From the NCBI GenBank assembly GCA_030141605.1, contig JAQGDQ010000381.1, forward strand, positions 38,692 through 102,691: a stretch of DNA of 64,000 bases, in the 5' to 3' direction. Origin of the DNA: Tubiluchus corallicola (taxonomy: Eukaryota; Animalia; Priapulida). Position numbers and translations under genes: made by a program. Positions 28,501-40,500 of the stretch are shown piece after piece; position 1 is the stretch's first letter, and every line of letters begins with the position of its first letter. Under the pieces are notes generated by a model. The model had not been told where the DNA came from, made no database searches, and saw only the letters and a list, made by a program, of their open reading frames with translations.

Positions 28501-31500
28501 GGTAAAAATATGCTATTTACTTGGTGTTGTGCGTGTCAATTTCATGAAACAGCTCTACCAGTTCATCATCACCGATTACGCCATCAGCAAAGAATGTCTT
28601 GAAATGTTCCAGTGAAATTTGTCCATCATCTAAACAAAGATATTAAAAACAGTGACCCACATGAGAGAAAGGAAATGTGAATCGATCTAAATCGAACTGA
28701 GAAATCGAGCCCGGCCTGGATTTGAACCATGGGGTCTTTCACTATAAGGAAATGCCACAACCATTAGACTACTCTGACCCAGTCATTATGATAGGTTGTT
28801 GTTGGCATCCTTCTGTCTCAGAAACCAATTAAGTGTGCGCCAAGAGAGTCAGTTATTGATCACATTGATGGAGCTGCAGCGTCGACCGTGGCTGAGCAGC
28901 CCGATCCTTAAACCACTGGAGTGGCCTCTCCAGGGCGCACGCCTGGGCAAGGTGTATGGAGATCCTGAGTTACCCAGACAAAAGGAACCCCTCTCTTCCT
29001 TGATGGTGTAGTCCAAAGGAAAGCAGAGCGATACGTTTGGCACCAGGTTGGCTGCAGGAGCTGCCGGAGTCAGCGAGCATGCTGCACTGGTCCACCTTCG
29101 GGAATCCACTCCTGATTTGGAATGCTTACTCCTCTACACATGGCCGTTGGGTCACTTGACCTCCTCCGCCCTCTAGCCGTTGGCTGCTTGTGCAGCTCCT
29201 CCGCCTAGTGTCAGGATAGATTACTAATTTAGATTACATGGTATATTACTAATTTAATAATCATACAGCTTGCCAATCAATTGAGTATTTTTCAAGTGGA
29301 ATGCTTGTGAAGTGACTTTCAACATTAAAACTGCCAGTTAGAACCTGTCATGAAGCTAGGGCAGAGCAGATGAGTGGCTATGGCATACAGCTTATAAGTG
29401 AAAGGCCCGTGTTCAAATCCAGACTCTGTCCCTTTCTTTTTCACATTTGCTATTTATGGGAAAGGTTGGTTTCAAAATAAGAGAATTGGCTTCAATTGGG
29501 TTCATTAAGAATCTTGAAATTATCAATAATTATTACCAACATGCAGTCAAGATTAGAACAGTTTTGCAGTCAAGATTACAGCAGTTTTGCAGTCAAGATT
29601 ACAACAGTTTTGCAGTCAAGATTACAGCAGTTTTGCAGTCATGATTACAGCAGTTTTGCAGTCAAGATTACAGCAGTTTTGCAGTCAAGATTACAACACT
29701 TTTGCAGTCAAGATTACAGCAGTTTTGCAGTCAAGATTACAACAGTTTTGCAGTCATGATTACAGCAGTTTTGCAGTCACGATTACAGCAGTTTTGCAGT
29801 CAAGATTACAACACTTTTGCAGTCAAGATTACAACAGTCTGGCATCTAATGGAACCATGAATGTCAGAATAAAATCAGCAAGGATTTTGTAATTCCCCAT
29901 ACAATTTAAATACCCTAATCCGCTTCATGAACTAATTTCTTGTGTCTGGGTAATTTTAAACTTTAGCCTAAAATTATATCCAAAAAGTTGTAAGAATTTA
30001 ATGTCTCAAATCTGATGAATGTTTCCAGGTTCTAAGCAAAAGTAATTATCTTAGTCAGGAAACTGTTGCACAAATTTTAGCACCAATGGTATTCAGGTGG
30101 CTGACTTCAGTATTTACTTTGCTATTTAAATCACATACAAATTATAGTTTTCTTATAACACTTGTGAAGTAATTTACATATCATATAAACACATAATTGT
30201 GGTGGGTTTCACGGCAGAGTGGTTAAATGCTTTGCATGAATGGGTGACTGTCTGGGTTTTATACTCGCTTGTGAATAGTTGACATATATAAATCTGAGAG
30301 TAACTGAGACACAGATTTGCCGGTTCAGTGGCTCAGCTTAGAGACAAAGCGTTGACAATAAACACTGCTCTGCTGGTTGTGCCATAAATATTGCATTTGG
30401 TAAACCGTGTCGGTGAATTCTGGCTTTCAGCCTGGTGAAATGTATAAAAAATCGGGTACAATAATCCCAAGGCAAGACGTGAACTCACCATCTTTATCTG
30501 CTCTCTTGAATACCTGATAATATAAACAGTAATTATTATACTGCATATCAAATGTTCATAATCATAAAAGATACTGCATATCAAATGTTCATAATCATAA
30601 AAGATATTGCATATCAAATGTTCATAATCATAAAAGATATTGCATATCAAATGTTCATAATCATAAAAGATATTGCATATCAAATGTTCATAATCATAAA
30701 AGATATTGCAATTGCACAATTTAAATAAAAACAGAGACGTTCGTATCGAGGTTAAGTTTAAATTGATAAAAACTAGTCTTTTTCCAACCACATAAGCATC
30801 CAGCATAGGAATTAAGGGAATAAAATAATCTATACCGTAGTCGCCACTTAATAGACTCAAAAACGCCTGGAACGGGCCGCTTCTATTCAAATATACCTAA
30901 AAACTATAGGTAATTGACTCAAATAACTTTGCTTAATTGACTCAACATTTTTCCTTCACATACTTAAAATAAGACATTTGTATTTGCCAAAACAGCCTTT
31001 CCTACTTTTATGTCATCCTTACTTGCATTTTGTGCACTATATATGTAAAAACAATCATGTTAAATACCGTTTTGTACAGCTATTTAAATAAAAACAGAGA
31101 CGTTCGTATCGAAGCTAAGTTTAAACTGATAAAAACTAGTCTTTTCCCACCCACATAAGCATCCAGGATCTTGGGCAGGCAGTTAAATGCTTATATTATT
31201 AAATCCACGTTAATCCACGCTCAGCTATCAACAGACAAAGCAATCACTGCAATGATAATTTAGAAAAGCAACTTGGGTAGCAATTTTATGCAGGGATTTA
31301 TTGCATAAACCATTGATTCATACTTATAATACAATTTTGGTGGTTCCATGTCTCATGCAGTCGCAATATATGGCCTCCAATCAATTATAATGCTATTTTA
31401 ATATACCTCTATGTAAATTAAACATACACTGTGGTCGTTTCTTCTCCTCTTTTCCTTCTTCCTATCCCTAATCTTACTATTTTTTCTATTCCATCATGTC

Positions 31501-32536
31501 TACTAACCCTAACCATTCTTTCATTCACTCATTTGTGCCACTTTAACAAGCCAAGGTGTCATACAGCAACTCTTTTATTTGGTTAATTTGACTTCATCAA
31601 CGTTTTTTTACCTATTCTGTTTCTTTTTGTTTCAATGATATTGTATGTTGATGTATTGTATATGTATTGCTGGAGTGAAATAAATTGATTGATTGATTGA
31701 TAAAACACTGACATAATACTAGAAATAACAGAGTTTAAACACAAAGTTATAAGTTTCCTCTGTATGTTCTAAATAAATACAATGATTTTACATTAAATGG
31801 CTCATACGTTAGCCAGACTGTAGATTTAGTTATTAAGGTCCTTGCCTTAGTTATATCTCGCCTGCACAGCTATTTAAATAAGAGCCAGATATGTTTTCCA
31901 CCCACGCAGACATCCATTACAACACCTGAGTAAAATGCACTCGACTGTCAGCAGATATCACAATCAAAGCAATTCCGCAGCAGTTTTAAACAGGAATCTA
32001 TTGCACAATATACTCCCTTAGTATTAGAAATAAAGGAATTTAACACATTATAAGTTTGCTCTTTTATAACAAAATAGTTGCTAACTGTGGAATTTATTTA
32101 GAAACTTGTGCTCTGTGATCGTTAACATCATATTAGCCTTATACAGTTATATGCTTATATAGCATATATGCTCAGATAACTGACCTCAGCAATAATGAGA
32201 CTCGGTTGTAGCCAGCAAATTTTGACGTTCCCTTCAAACTCGTTATAGGCGGATTATACTGTATAATACTAGTGTAGAGAATACACGCACATTTCCGGGA
32301 CACGGGTGCATCAGTATACTCTAACTTATAGACTTTCACCCAGCCTCCATCACTTAGATAAATAACCCACCATTATAACAAATTGATAACATTTTTATTA
32401 ATAATGCTAATAGTATTAGTAATACTACGTTACGATACTACCATTATTAAGGAGTACCACGTTTGAATCTTACATCTTCAAAAATAAAGCTATCACTCCT
32501 TGATTGCGCAGTTTGAATATTTGTTTGCTTTTCCAT
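4551..32536 (-). CDS. NECAB: N-terminal EF-hand calcium-binding protein (NECAB family; EF-hands, coiled coil, ABM domain), 11 coding exons, about 352 aa
   Basis: Exons (minus): 32474-32536, 30489-30513, 28521-28629, 20777-20900, 19678-19814, 17487-17617, 16806-16906, 14880-15043, 13588-13665, 5298-5389, 4551-4585. All introns are GT-AG, phases are consistent, total 1059 nt. Translation includes [68 protein letters not shown] and [27 protein letters not shown], matching NECAB motifs I recall. Confidence 0.92.
5968..7523 (+). CDS. HAGH: Hydroxyacylglutathione hydrolase (glyoxalase II), 2 coding exons, with probable N-terminal mitochondrial extension
   Basis: Exon 1 is 5968-6117 (ATG 5968; in-frame ATG 6112, MQ then GTACGT donor). 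Exon 2 is 6753-7523 after a TTACAG acceptor and reads [66 protein letters not shown], the metallo-beta-lactamase glyoxalase II motifs. Confidence 0.95.
7690..8325 (+). repeat. Interspersed repeat family B (about 600 bp)
   Basis: Shares CATATCCTGAATCTCCATTTCAT..GATCATTTTGATACCAAGTTCATC and TTTTAACTATGC(C/T)GACTTAC with about 13960-14562 (same strand) and about 59985-60400 (inverted). Confidence 0.75.
9201..10192. repeat. Minisatellite, 43-bp unit, about 23 copies
   Basis: Unit GAGTGACTGCATGAATCTTGCCACTCTGACGCCACAGTCTACC. Confidence 0.97.
10502..11971. repeat. Minisatellite, about 105-bp unit, about 14 copies
   Basis: Unit TACAGCTGTAGAATTTACTCTAGATACTTAACAGTGCAGTGAGCCCAGCATTAGTAGACTTGACCTTGACAC... 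Confidence 0.97.
12303..13193. mobile_element. Non-autonomous hAT-like DNA transposon
   Basis: Imperfect TIRs (CAGGAGCTTCGT / reverse complement CAGTGGCGTCGT) and an exact 8-bp TSD CTACTTCT at 12295-12302 and 13194-13201. Confidence 0.75.
15253..16272. mobile_element. Decayed pogo/Tigger-like MITE carrying an internal 40-bp tandem array
   Basis: Starts TA-CAGTAAGTCCTCCCTTTAATGAC and ends GTCGTTGGGCGAGAACTTATTA; subterminal TTAA(C/T)GA(C/T) motifs. Confidence 0.5.
15837..16235. repeat. Minisatellite, 40-bp unit, 10 copies
   Basis: Unit GTCTTGGCTTCGTTTAACGATGTTTTGCTTAACGTTGTGC. Confidence 0.97.
16435..16655. repeat. Minisatellite, 55-bp unit, 4 copies
   Basis: Unit AAGAGATCGTAACCCAACTGACTTATCTCTACATGAACAGACTGTTATTTCAGCT. 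Confidence 0.95.
17003..17496 (-). repeat. Minisatellite, 32-bp unit, about 15 copies, each containing the NECAB exon end plus 5' splice site
   Basis: Minus-strand unit AGAATGATT|GTAAGTGTTTAAACTATCGAAT(C/A). Confidence 0.95.
18598..19117. mobile_element. Tc1/mariner-pogo-type MITE
   Basis: TIRs CAGTAAACTCCGCTTAACT / AGTTAGGTGGAGTTTACTG, flanked by TA. Confidence 0.8.
21431..21442 (+). promoter_or_regulatory. YY1-like motif (CAAGATGGCGG), candidate element for the COX4 promoter or 5'UTR
   Basis: Motif match only, about 1.9 kb upstream of the COX4 ATG. An alternative 5'UTR-exon donor AAG|GTAAAT lies at 22551. Confidence 0.3.
23331..23873 (+). CDS. COX4: Cytochrome c oxidase subunit 4, intronless CDS, 180 aa
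   Basis: Arg-rich presequence, [55 protein letters not shown], a transmembrane helix, and [13 protein letters not shown] splice acceptor (TTTTATGTCTTAG, AG at 23321-23322) 8 nt before the ATG implies a 5'UTR intron. Confidence 0.96.
   Translation: MARLVFRSKILALRSAAAYRITPVATYYQGREKVGNRDIVGFGMNGEPSYMDRPDFPCSAVRFMENTPDVLALREKEKSDWKTLSLDEKKALYRASFCSTFAEMESLNKGEWKSVLAGVLTAISIALWMIVALKKFVYEDLPKTFNAEWQEAMLKRMIDQQQGVVQGVSSKWDYEKREWK
25404..25721. repeat. Tandem duplication, about 160 bp x2
   Basis: TTCATGTCGG(T/C)GCAGCTTTGGAAAACATC...AATTGTATTACCG occurs twice in tandem. Confidence 0.9.
26780..27032. repeat. 12-bp tandem repeat
   Basis: (CATCAATATGTG)n, degenerate. Confidence 0.9.
27190..27435 (+). 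repeat. Dispersed duplication, related copy at about 30880-31075
   Basis: Shared CTTCTATTCAAATATAC..AAACTATAGGTAATTGACTCAAATAACTT..CCAAAACAGCCTTTC. Confidence 0.75.
28130..28480 (+). repeat. Interspersed repeat, related copy at about 49335-49620
   Basis: Shared TCGTATCTTT(C/G)TTAGTGGCCTGAAAT..CTACTGTAGAAGTGCA..ATCATATTACAAA. Confidence 0.7.
28795..29212 (-). mobile_element. Second copy of the RTE-like SINE body, lacking the 5S head
   Basis: Long near-identical blocks shared with 48085-48445 (for example GGCATCCTTCTGTCTC and GAGAGTCAGTTATTGATCACATTGATGGAGCTGCAGCGTCGAC), a (CAA)n tail, and an extra internal segment absent from the 48 kb copy. Confidence 0.8.
29542..29838. repeat. Minisatellite, 23-bp unit, about 13 copies
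   Basis: Unit CAGTCAAGATTACAGCAGTTTTG. Confidence 0.95.
30538..30710. repeat. Minisatellite, 33-bp unit, about 5 copies
   Basis: Unit TGCATATCAAATGTTCATAATCATAAAAGATAT. Confidence 0.95.
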
Positions 32537-34335
32537 GATCACTTATACGAAAATAAGCTGGTTCAAATTTTCCAAAGTTCTAGACGTTTTAGCTAATTTG
32601 GCTTGTAAATTATTCTGTTGACAACGAAGAAAAGAGCAGAGACCTTTAACTGAGCTTTCACGAGTCGAGTTCTGTTGTTTCTGCACGACCACTCTACACG
32701 TAAACAGGCGACTATAATATTATTGTCTCATTGCAATAAAAAATTCCCTTGAATTCACTGATAAGGCTGGAATGACACTGTGGATACACGGGCAATATGC
32801 GTAGTGTTTTTTAAAGCATATTTAAAGTTACATCAATAGGCATTGCAGCTGTGGTGCATTATCAATTAAACATTATTTTAATTGTTGAGCACACAATCAT
32901 TTTCAACACAATTTACAAAATCCGTCCACTTCTCTAAAGATCGAGCTTCAGTAAACAATTAAAGGATAAATTAACAAAATCCAATAAATAGTTTTTGAAA
33001 GAGTAGTTGTCAGCAAAAGTATTATTGTTTCAGGGGAAAACAATAAAACAACAAAATAATCTTACTTTTATTAAAAATCTATAAGTGCGTACCATAATCC
33101 CATAATGATAAAATGACTAAATATCATTAATGATGTTATCATTGTCAATTGGATACTTTTGTTTAAGGCATTATAACCATTCTACAACCAACATTTTTTT
33201 CAATTTCTGGTACGGCTTATTTCATTCTAAGGTTATCGATTATTACGAAATAATAAATTATACATTAAAAGTAATTACTTATCACATTAAAATTAACAAA
33301 CAGGACTTGCCTGCTTAGGTCAATATAAATAACAAAAAAATATTCTATTTACATGCAAACTATTACATCAGTACTGTCATTATTTACAATCTAAAAACAA
33401 TTTGTACAAATGTATGTTGTACATTTTAATGAAATGTAAAATGCATTTGTGCCACAACAACGCACGATATTGCTTTAAATTAAAATACTTAAGCTAGCAA
33501 GGAGACCGTTAATATGTGCTAAAGCAGCCAAAGCAGCTTATACAAGACACTGAAGTAACGAAGCAGTGTTCGAGGATTTCATATGGAGTTAACTTAGCTT
33601 TGGTACCTTCCGCTTAGATAAGTAATAATTCAATATACCACATTTTGCACAATTGTTTAAATAGGCGAATGCAGTTGATGAACTCAAAAAAAACTGAAAA
33701 CTGACAACAGTAAAGTTAAAGTTTACAGAACAAATAAGCAAAAATGGCAACATGAACTAACGTTTTCAAGTAATAGAAAAAGTAAAATTATACAAAACAT
33801 TATTTGCATGGCAAGAAAATGGAAAAAATAATTGGCCTATATCGCATTAAAACACATAAGCATAAAAGGATGGAACAGAACCATTACGTTAATGAAAGAG
33901 CGGTCAAATATTTAAAAAAAATTGCTCCTGATAATATTGTAGGTAACGGAATGTCCGAAACAAAACTTCAAATTCCACATTGGCCTGCTCGCGGTTACAA
34001 GATTTATAGTATATTGGCCAGCTCAGGCATTTACATCTTAAAAGCATCAACAAACTATAGAAACAGGTCACAAGCATTTACCAAACTATCAAATTAGGCT
34101 AAGCAGAAACTGAGAAAACTCACAACAAACATCTAGACAACGTAACAGCCTACTGTCTTCTGCCTAAAAACAGATTGAATCACCTGAGTATAAAAACTAC
34201 AGGGTCACAAATTTAAACGTAGGATTCAATCAAGGCCTAAAGGTGGCAGCACATGACAATGTATCAATTTATCCCCAACAAATACGTATGCATAACTTTA
34301 ATTTGTATTGTACAAATTTATTATAGTGCATTGTA

Positions 34336-34336
<1 letters not shown>

Positions 34337-34397
<61 letters not shown>

Positions 34398-34402
34398 CAT
34401 CA

Positions 34403-34439
<37 letters not shown>
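34337..34439. repeat. (TTA)n microsatellite
   Basis: Direct reading; lies just downstream of the TBC1D32 stop codon. Confidence 0.95.
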
Positions 34440-34440
<1 letters not shown>

Positions 34441-34551
34441 GGCGTTTAGGAGTCATTTAGAAGAACAGAAGTGCTGATTTTTCTCATCCGTCCAATGTAT
34501 CAGGAAACTTGAACAGGAAAGTCACTAATCACCTCTGAAGTCATCAATGTC

Positions 34552-37500
34552 TCAATTGTTGCTGTATAATATCTGCTTCCGGTACTTTGCACAAAGATCT
34601 TTCATAAAATTCCACTGCGCAGAAATGACAAATTCTCTGATTGGTTGTTGAAACAAGAAGAAGAGTAAATCTCCAATCACGCTGTGTTTCTGGAAAAAAA
34701 TAGCAACCAGACAGGAATAAAATCACTGTTTAGAAAGCTACATTTCTTACAACTTGCGCTCGCCACGCTTAAGATCAGGCTTTGAATCAGATCACATCTT
34801 TTTACAAATGAACTTAATGCAATTATTTACAAAATTCTGTGATAAAATTAAAAAAATAATTTGCAAAATTTGCAATAAAATTAAATAAATAGTTTGCTAG
34901 ACAAACTAACCGAAACTAAAACAGTGACATCGGCAGTAGAGTAGCGAGGTTGGTGGTATCTCACCAGGGTAACAGTCTTGACACTCGATTTTCACGTGTA
35001 ACACATTTCACATTGTAAAAATATCCAGTACATTATACACATGTCAGCACAAAAGGCAGGCTGGTAATGTGCATTGTAATATACTATTTGCACAGAAGAA
35101 AATCATTTTAATTATTCTAAATTTAAATTTATGTTGTATTGTCATCATACGTTTTTGAGTTTTGGATAGTGCTGCCACCTTCAGGTGTTCTTGTTAAAAT
35201 TGTTAAATCTTTTTCTTTACTGTATAAATTTTCATTGGCTTCTACAGTCTTTATGAAAGCATAATCTCTAAACCTGTTTCCACACCTAAATGATTTCATC
35301 TGTAGTTTTGGTCACTTGGTTTTGTGCTTTTCAACATGACAATACTTCACTGTTTATGCAGACACTTCAGAATAAAATCATTGAACTCTAGAAGAATTTT
35401 GCACCCTCTCACCCTTGCTCCCGGGGGTGATTGCCCGCTGCCACCCCCACCTTGCTACACCTCTAATTATCAGCATAAATGATATGAGCACACCTGTATT
35501 AGAGACTGAAGATGACGAAATACTGCTAAGCAGAAATACACTTGGTAGTCAGTTCCAAGCATCACCAACAAACTTATGAATTGAACAATTTGCCCCCAGT
35601 CCAGATAATTCCAGAAATACTGGGAAAGCCACAGTTGACAAACCTGCCAATGTACAATAAGTACTTATTAGTACAAAAGAATAAGCCTTTTCACAATTCC
35701 AGTGATTGATGATGATCGTGAAAAGGTCAAAGGTTAAGTGTACCAAACAACACATTTGTGTACACTTGATAGCGCCTCGCAGCCCAAGCTATTGTAATAG
35801 TAACAGTTTTAACAGCTAGCTAAAACCTTATTTTTTCTTGTTCTGAAGCAACATCATGCTAGTAAATCACTCTATGCATAGACTAATGCACGATTAAGTA
35901 AACTCCATGTTAAACAACTGAAGTTACAGAATGGATGTGGCAGATGGCTTTGTTTTACCCACATGTCACTGGATGATTGTAGTTAAGATGTGCCAACTGT
36001 GGTACACTTAACCTTTGACCTATTGCAACTGCATGTGCACACAATGAAACTGTGAAAAGAAAACTGTGAAACTGTGACAAGATCCTGCTAGTAAATCACT
36101 CTATACACAGACTAATGCATAATTAAGTAAAGACCATGTAAAACAGCAGAAGATACTGAAATGAAGCTGCTGACGGCTTTGCTTTACACACAGTGCCACA
36201 TGGCGGTTGTAGTTAAGACGCGTTGCTATGGAACACTTAAACTTTGACCTACAGCAACTGCGCGTGCACACAACAACAAAACTGAGAAATGGCTTATTAA
36301 AACACTCTCACCTGAGAGGCTGCAATTCCATGGAGAGTAAAACAAGCATGTACGATGGGTAACTCCTCTGCAACAATCACTTCTATCCATTGACACGTGA
36401 AATAATACAAAGGAGTCATTCCGTTAGCAGCAAGTAATTCTGGTTCTAGAACCTGAAATATACATTGGAGTTTCTGCTATATCACGGAATGCTTTTTCGC
36501 GATTGTGGGAATGGAACTAACGTCATCCTACGGTCGCAATGATCATAATCGAGAATCACTTTTATTCTAAACCTTGGTTAACAGTTTCTGCACAATTTCA
36601 AGCTACTGAGGTACTTTAGATTGTAACTGCGTATTTCATCTCGTCTCGTGATGTCCAAAGAATTCAGATCGTTTAAATATTTAAAAGTTTGTACGTAGAG
36701 TGGAAAACTGTAGTGAAACATGCTGGGCATGATTCCGACAGTGTGATGGTAGCTGCGTCATTTTGGAATCGGAATTTTTCACTGTTTATACAAAAAGTCT
36801 CTATTATTTCATTTTTCTTTACATTACACATTGATGTGCTAAAATCTGGTTTTTTAATGTTTCTATTGTATCAATTTTAAATAATAAATTAACCCCATTC
36901 TGGTCACTAAGGAATATTTTTCTACTTTAACTGTATTCATTCTTTGTATTCTAAATAGTTGTAAAAACACGTAGAAATCGCACGATAAACCAGCTAAAAC
37001 GATGAATACATTTACCAAACAATCGAACAGACATGCGAAAACTCACGGATTTGTACGAGTGAGAAATCCAAATCAGAGAAGCCATGTCAAGAGTTGAAAA
37101 CTGCTTTAGGAAAGACAGGCTTCGTTCGGTATCTCCTTCAAAGAGCAAGAAGGCAGTTGCTGCGAACCAGTCAAAGCCCGGATAGTAAGAGCTGTCTGTA
37201 TAGCTGAAATTTACACAAACCATAATCAACTTCAGACAGGTGCAAGTATAATAATAGTGGTGTATTCAAATACAACAATTTCCATGACACCAGGATGAAG
37301 CCTAGATTCTCACAATTCAACTGGCTTCGTGGTTGTAAATCTAGTGATGGTAAGTTAGTTAAAAAAAACTTGCGCTAGTCGCTTCTATAATGAAACTATT
37401 GAACAATATTTACTTCACTGCCCACGGTACATTGCTGCTAGACATTGTATGTTGTTATCAATATGGAATCAGTTTCTCCATAATGACCTTGGAAATTTTG

Positions 37501-40500
37501 AAACATGAATAATAAAGTCAAATATACGTCTCACTTAATGTTCTCCAGGTGAATGATGTCTCAATAGATTGTAGAATATTTACTGCTGTACAGAATTATA
37601 TTAGAAAAACTAAACGTTTAAAGGAAGACAAGATGGTTTTTCACATACTTCCCAATTTTCAAGTACGGCAAAAAGTATACATTTTAACACAATTAATACT
37701 GCAAAAGCGTTTCTGATAATTAAATAATAGATTAAAAACTTAATTAACGGCGGGCGAGCCCAACTAGTGATGACATCACAAACTAACAGCAAAAATATTT
37801 CATGAGCGTGTTGCATGTGTTTGCAAAACTGAAAATTGAAGTACAGTGCCACAGTAAGATATTCTGTGTGTTGTATTAAAACTAGGCAAGTGTTAAGATA
37901 AAAATTCAAATTCACATTTACCACATGAGCTGTGGAACATATGCAGTTCGTCACAAACTAACACATCTAAACTGAGAGGTACAACACCTGTTTTTTTGTG
38001 CAATGCGATATGCAGTCGCTAGTGCCCGCTTAATTAGAGAATGGTGAAATGCATGTAACAGTGAAGAACTAGTGGCGCCAACATGAAATTGTGTTTGTGT
38101 GGTAATAATTCTTTCACGTAAATTATTTTTGAAAAGTAAATCGTTTCCTTTCAATATTTTAAAGAGTAGATTGTTTTGACCTACAGTTGAAGATTGTGTC
38201 CGGTTTTACTTTAAGCTAAATTCAAAATGTTAAGTTGATAATGTTATATTACCATGGATTCATTTGCCTCATATTCATTAAATTGCGATGATCTTCATTT
38301 ATTAACTAATAAGTTTGTTTAACTGTTACGTAAATATTAATTGTGCACTTTGTCTTGCACATATTGTACCGTATTATCACTGTAACCAGTGAAGTTTTGC
38401 ATCAGTTTCACTGCTTTGTCCAAAGGTTGTAAAATAAATGTCTAAACTAATAATCGTTAAGGATGAGCATTCTGTACCAGAAAGCGAATTCGAATCGAAT
38501 CGAACCGAACTTCAGTGTTTCGAATTCGAACCGAATTCGAATTGAGATTGAAAGATTTTCGAACAAGTTTTTGAACCACCAGCAAAAATTAGTCTTACAA
38601 AGATCATGCATATCACAAGATTTTATTCTGCAATAAAACGGCTAGTAATTTGTTTAAAATTGTGTGCAGAAATCACTGCTAAATTACGCTAATTTTATGA
38701 TGTTTCAATCGTTTTAGTGATAAAGAACATGTGCGATTGAAGTGCTGAATTATTCGAATTTATGGTTTTGGATTCGAATTGAGTTCGAACTAAAAAAACT
38801 CGTTCGGATCACCCCTAATAATCGTGTACGTAAGAACACGGGGGATGAGACGATACGACGCACGAAAATCAGCACAAATTCATGTTTACGAACTGTAAAA
38901 TCATAGTGCCGTTTAGTTAGTAAACACGTCAGTAAGAATTAACTTTAGTGTTTATATATTACAACTAGATAAAAATTGGACACACACCGACAGCATCAAC
39001 GCATTTCGGTACAGAAACAATTCAGTTTTTTCTGTATGTTTCTTATCTTCAATCGGAAAATACTTTTACAAGATCAACAACCTGAAGAGCCACCTAGCAC
39101 TACAAAAATTATTTAAAAGAATTCTATTTTTTATTACTGGCATTTAGAAACATTTGTAGCCAAAACAAGACAACTTTATTAAAACTTCCAATTCACATTG
39201 GAACGTTTCCACAGACTATTGTACGTTGTATATTTGTAAAATATGACGATGAAACATTTGATGATGATGATGACGACGATGTTGATGATGACGATGACGA
39301 TGATGATGATGTCGAAACATTTCGCGTGATTTCTGACTATGTGAATTGGCAGTTTTAATAAAGTGTTGTTTTGGTTATGAATTCTAATTTTCTGGGCTCA
39401 GCAGATTTCCAACTTTCTGCCATATCCTCTAACTTCAAGCGAGCAGTGGCTCCACCTGGAACGATTTGTATAAAAAAAATCAATACCGTGTAAAAGCTTT
39501 GTCTCTCCGCTTGCTGTTCAGCATTACTTCACATGTCAACAGAATTCTTGAAAGAGCTTGCCGATTCGCATCACTGTCAGTGTCGCGTAACAAACCTAGT
39601 CTACTGCCGTAGTCTACCGTCATTTGAATTCCAAATTTCCACGTTGTCGGAACCTCGCCTACCAGCTGGGGCGATTCTTGATGTACGACGTCGTGGTTAT
39701 CGGATAAGCACAGAACGGCAAGCTCTAGAGCACGCGATAAAGACTTCAAAGAACATTCACTGCCTCCTTGAATGCAATCTTCGTAAATGGAAATGCATTC
39801 ATCAAGCCAACTTGAAGACGGAGAAGATGAAGAAAAAATGAATTCATCCATTGCTGTGGACATCTGAACTATGTGACCGTCTACTAGTTTTGTGTAAACA
39901 GAAGGTAGCGGCAACTCCGTAAACAGAGGCAGCACCCGTGAGACGGCAACTTCAGAAACTACTGTCTGCGGAGGAAGCTGACGCTCACTGGGACCTCCAA
40001 TCACGAGAGATCGTATCATCACGTGGTTTCTCATCACAGACAACTCATCAACAATGATATCACTGCACTCATCTGTCTGAGCACTCAAGCTTTGATTTCT
40101 GAGCAAAACTTCGCTAATATTATAATTTGCCTGCAAGAACAGACTGTTATCCAACGAGCAGCATAAAAAGTTTAATAAGTTTAAACCAAACAACTCAGTT
40201 TGAAGGCAATGATACATAGAAGCGACTTTCATGCTGGAATCTAGCACCACTATCCTATCAATGAGTTCCAGGAAGGACGTGGGAACCCCGGTGACGTTAA
40301 ACGTGCGTCTGCTGCTCGGAAGTTGATCGGCCAGCTCTTCGTAAAATGACGGAAAAGAAGTTAATAAACTTGCCATCACCGTCAAATGTTTTTGAAAAGT
40401 TTTATCTGACAGCTCGCAATGTTGTTGATTGCTTTCGTCTTCGCCGTACTCTAACGCGTACCAAATATCTCTTAAAAAAACTTCAAAAATGCCCGACTTA

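Noticed and set aside
28700-28780. tRNA-like sequences (also about 29355-29428, 44940-45020 and 50745-50815)
   Set aside because: Only B-box-like GTTC(A/G)AA motifs are recognisable and no full cloverleaf; probably decayed tRNA-SINE heads, too weak to call.
30333-30890. 185-aa minus-strand ORF with [11 protein letters not shown] repeats
   Set aside because: Read-through of a 33-bp minisatellite; the real coding piece is the 25-nt microexon in another frame.
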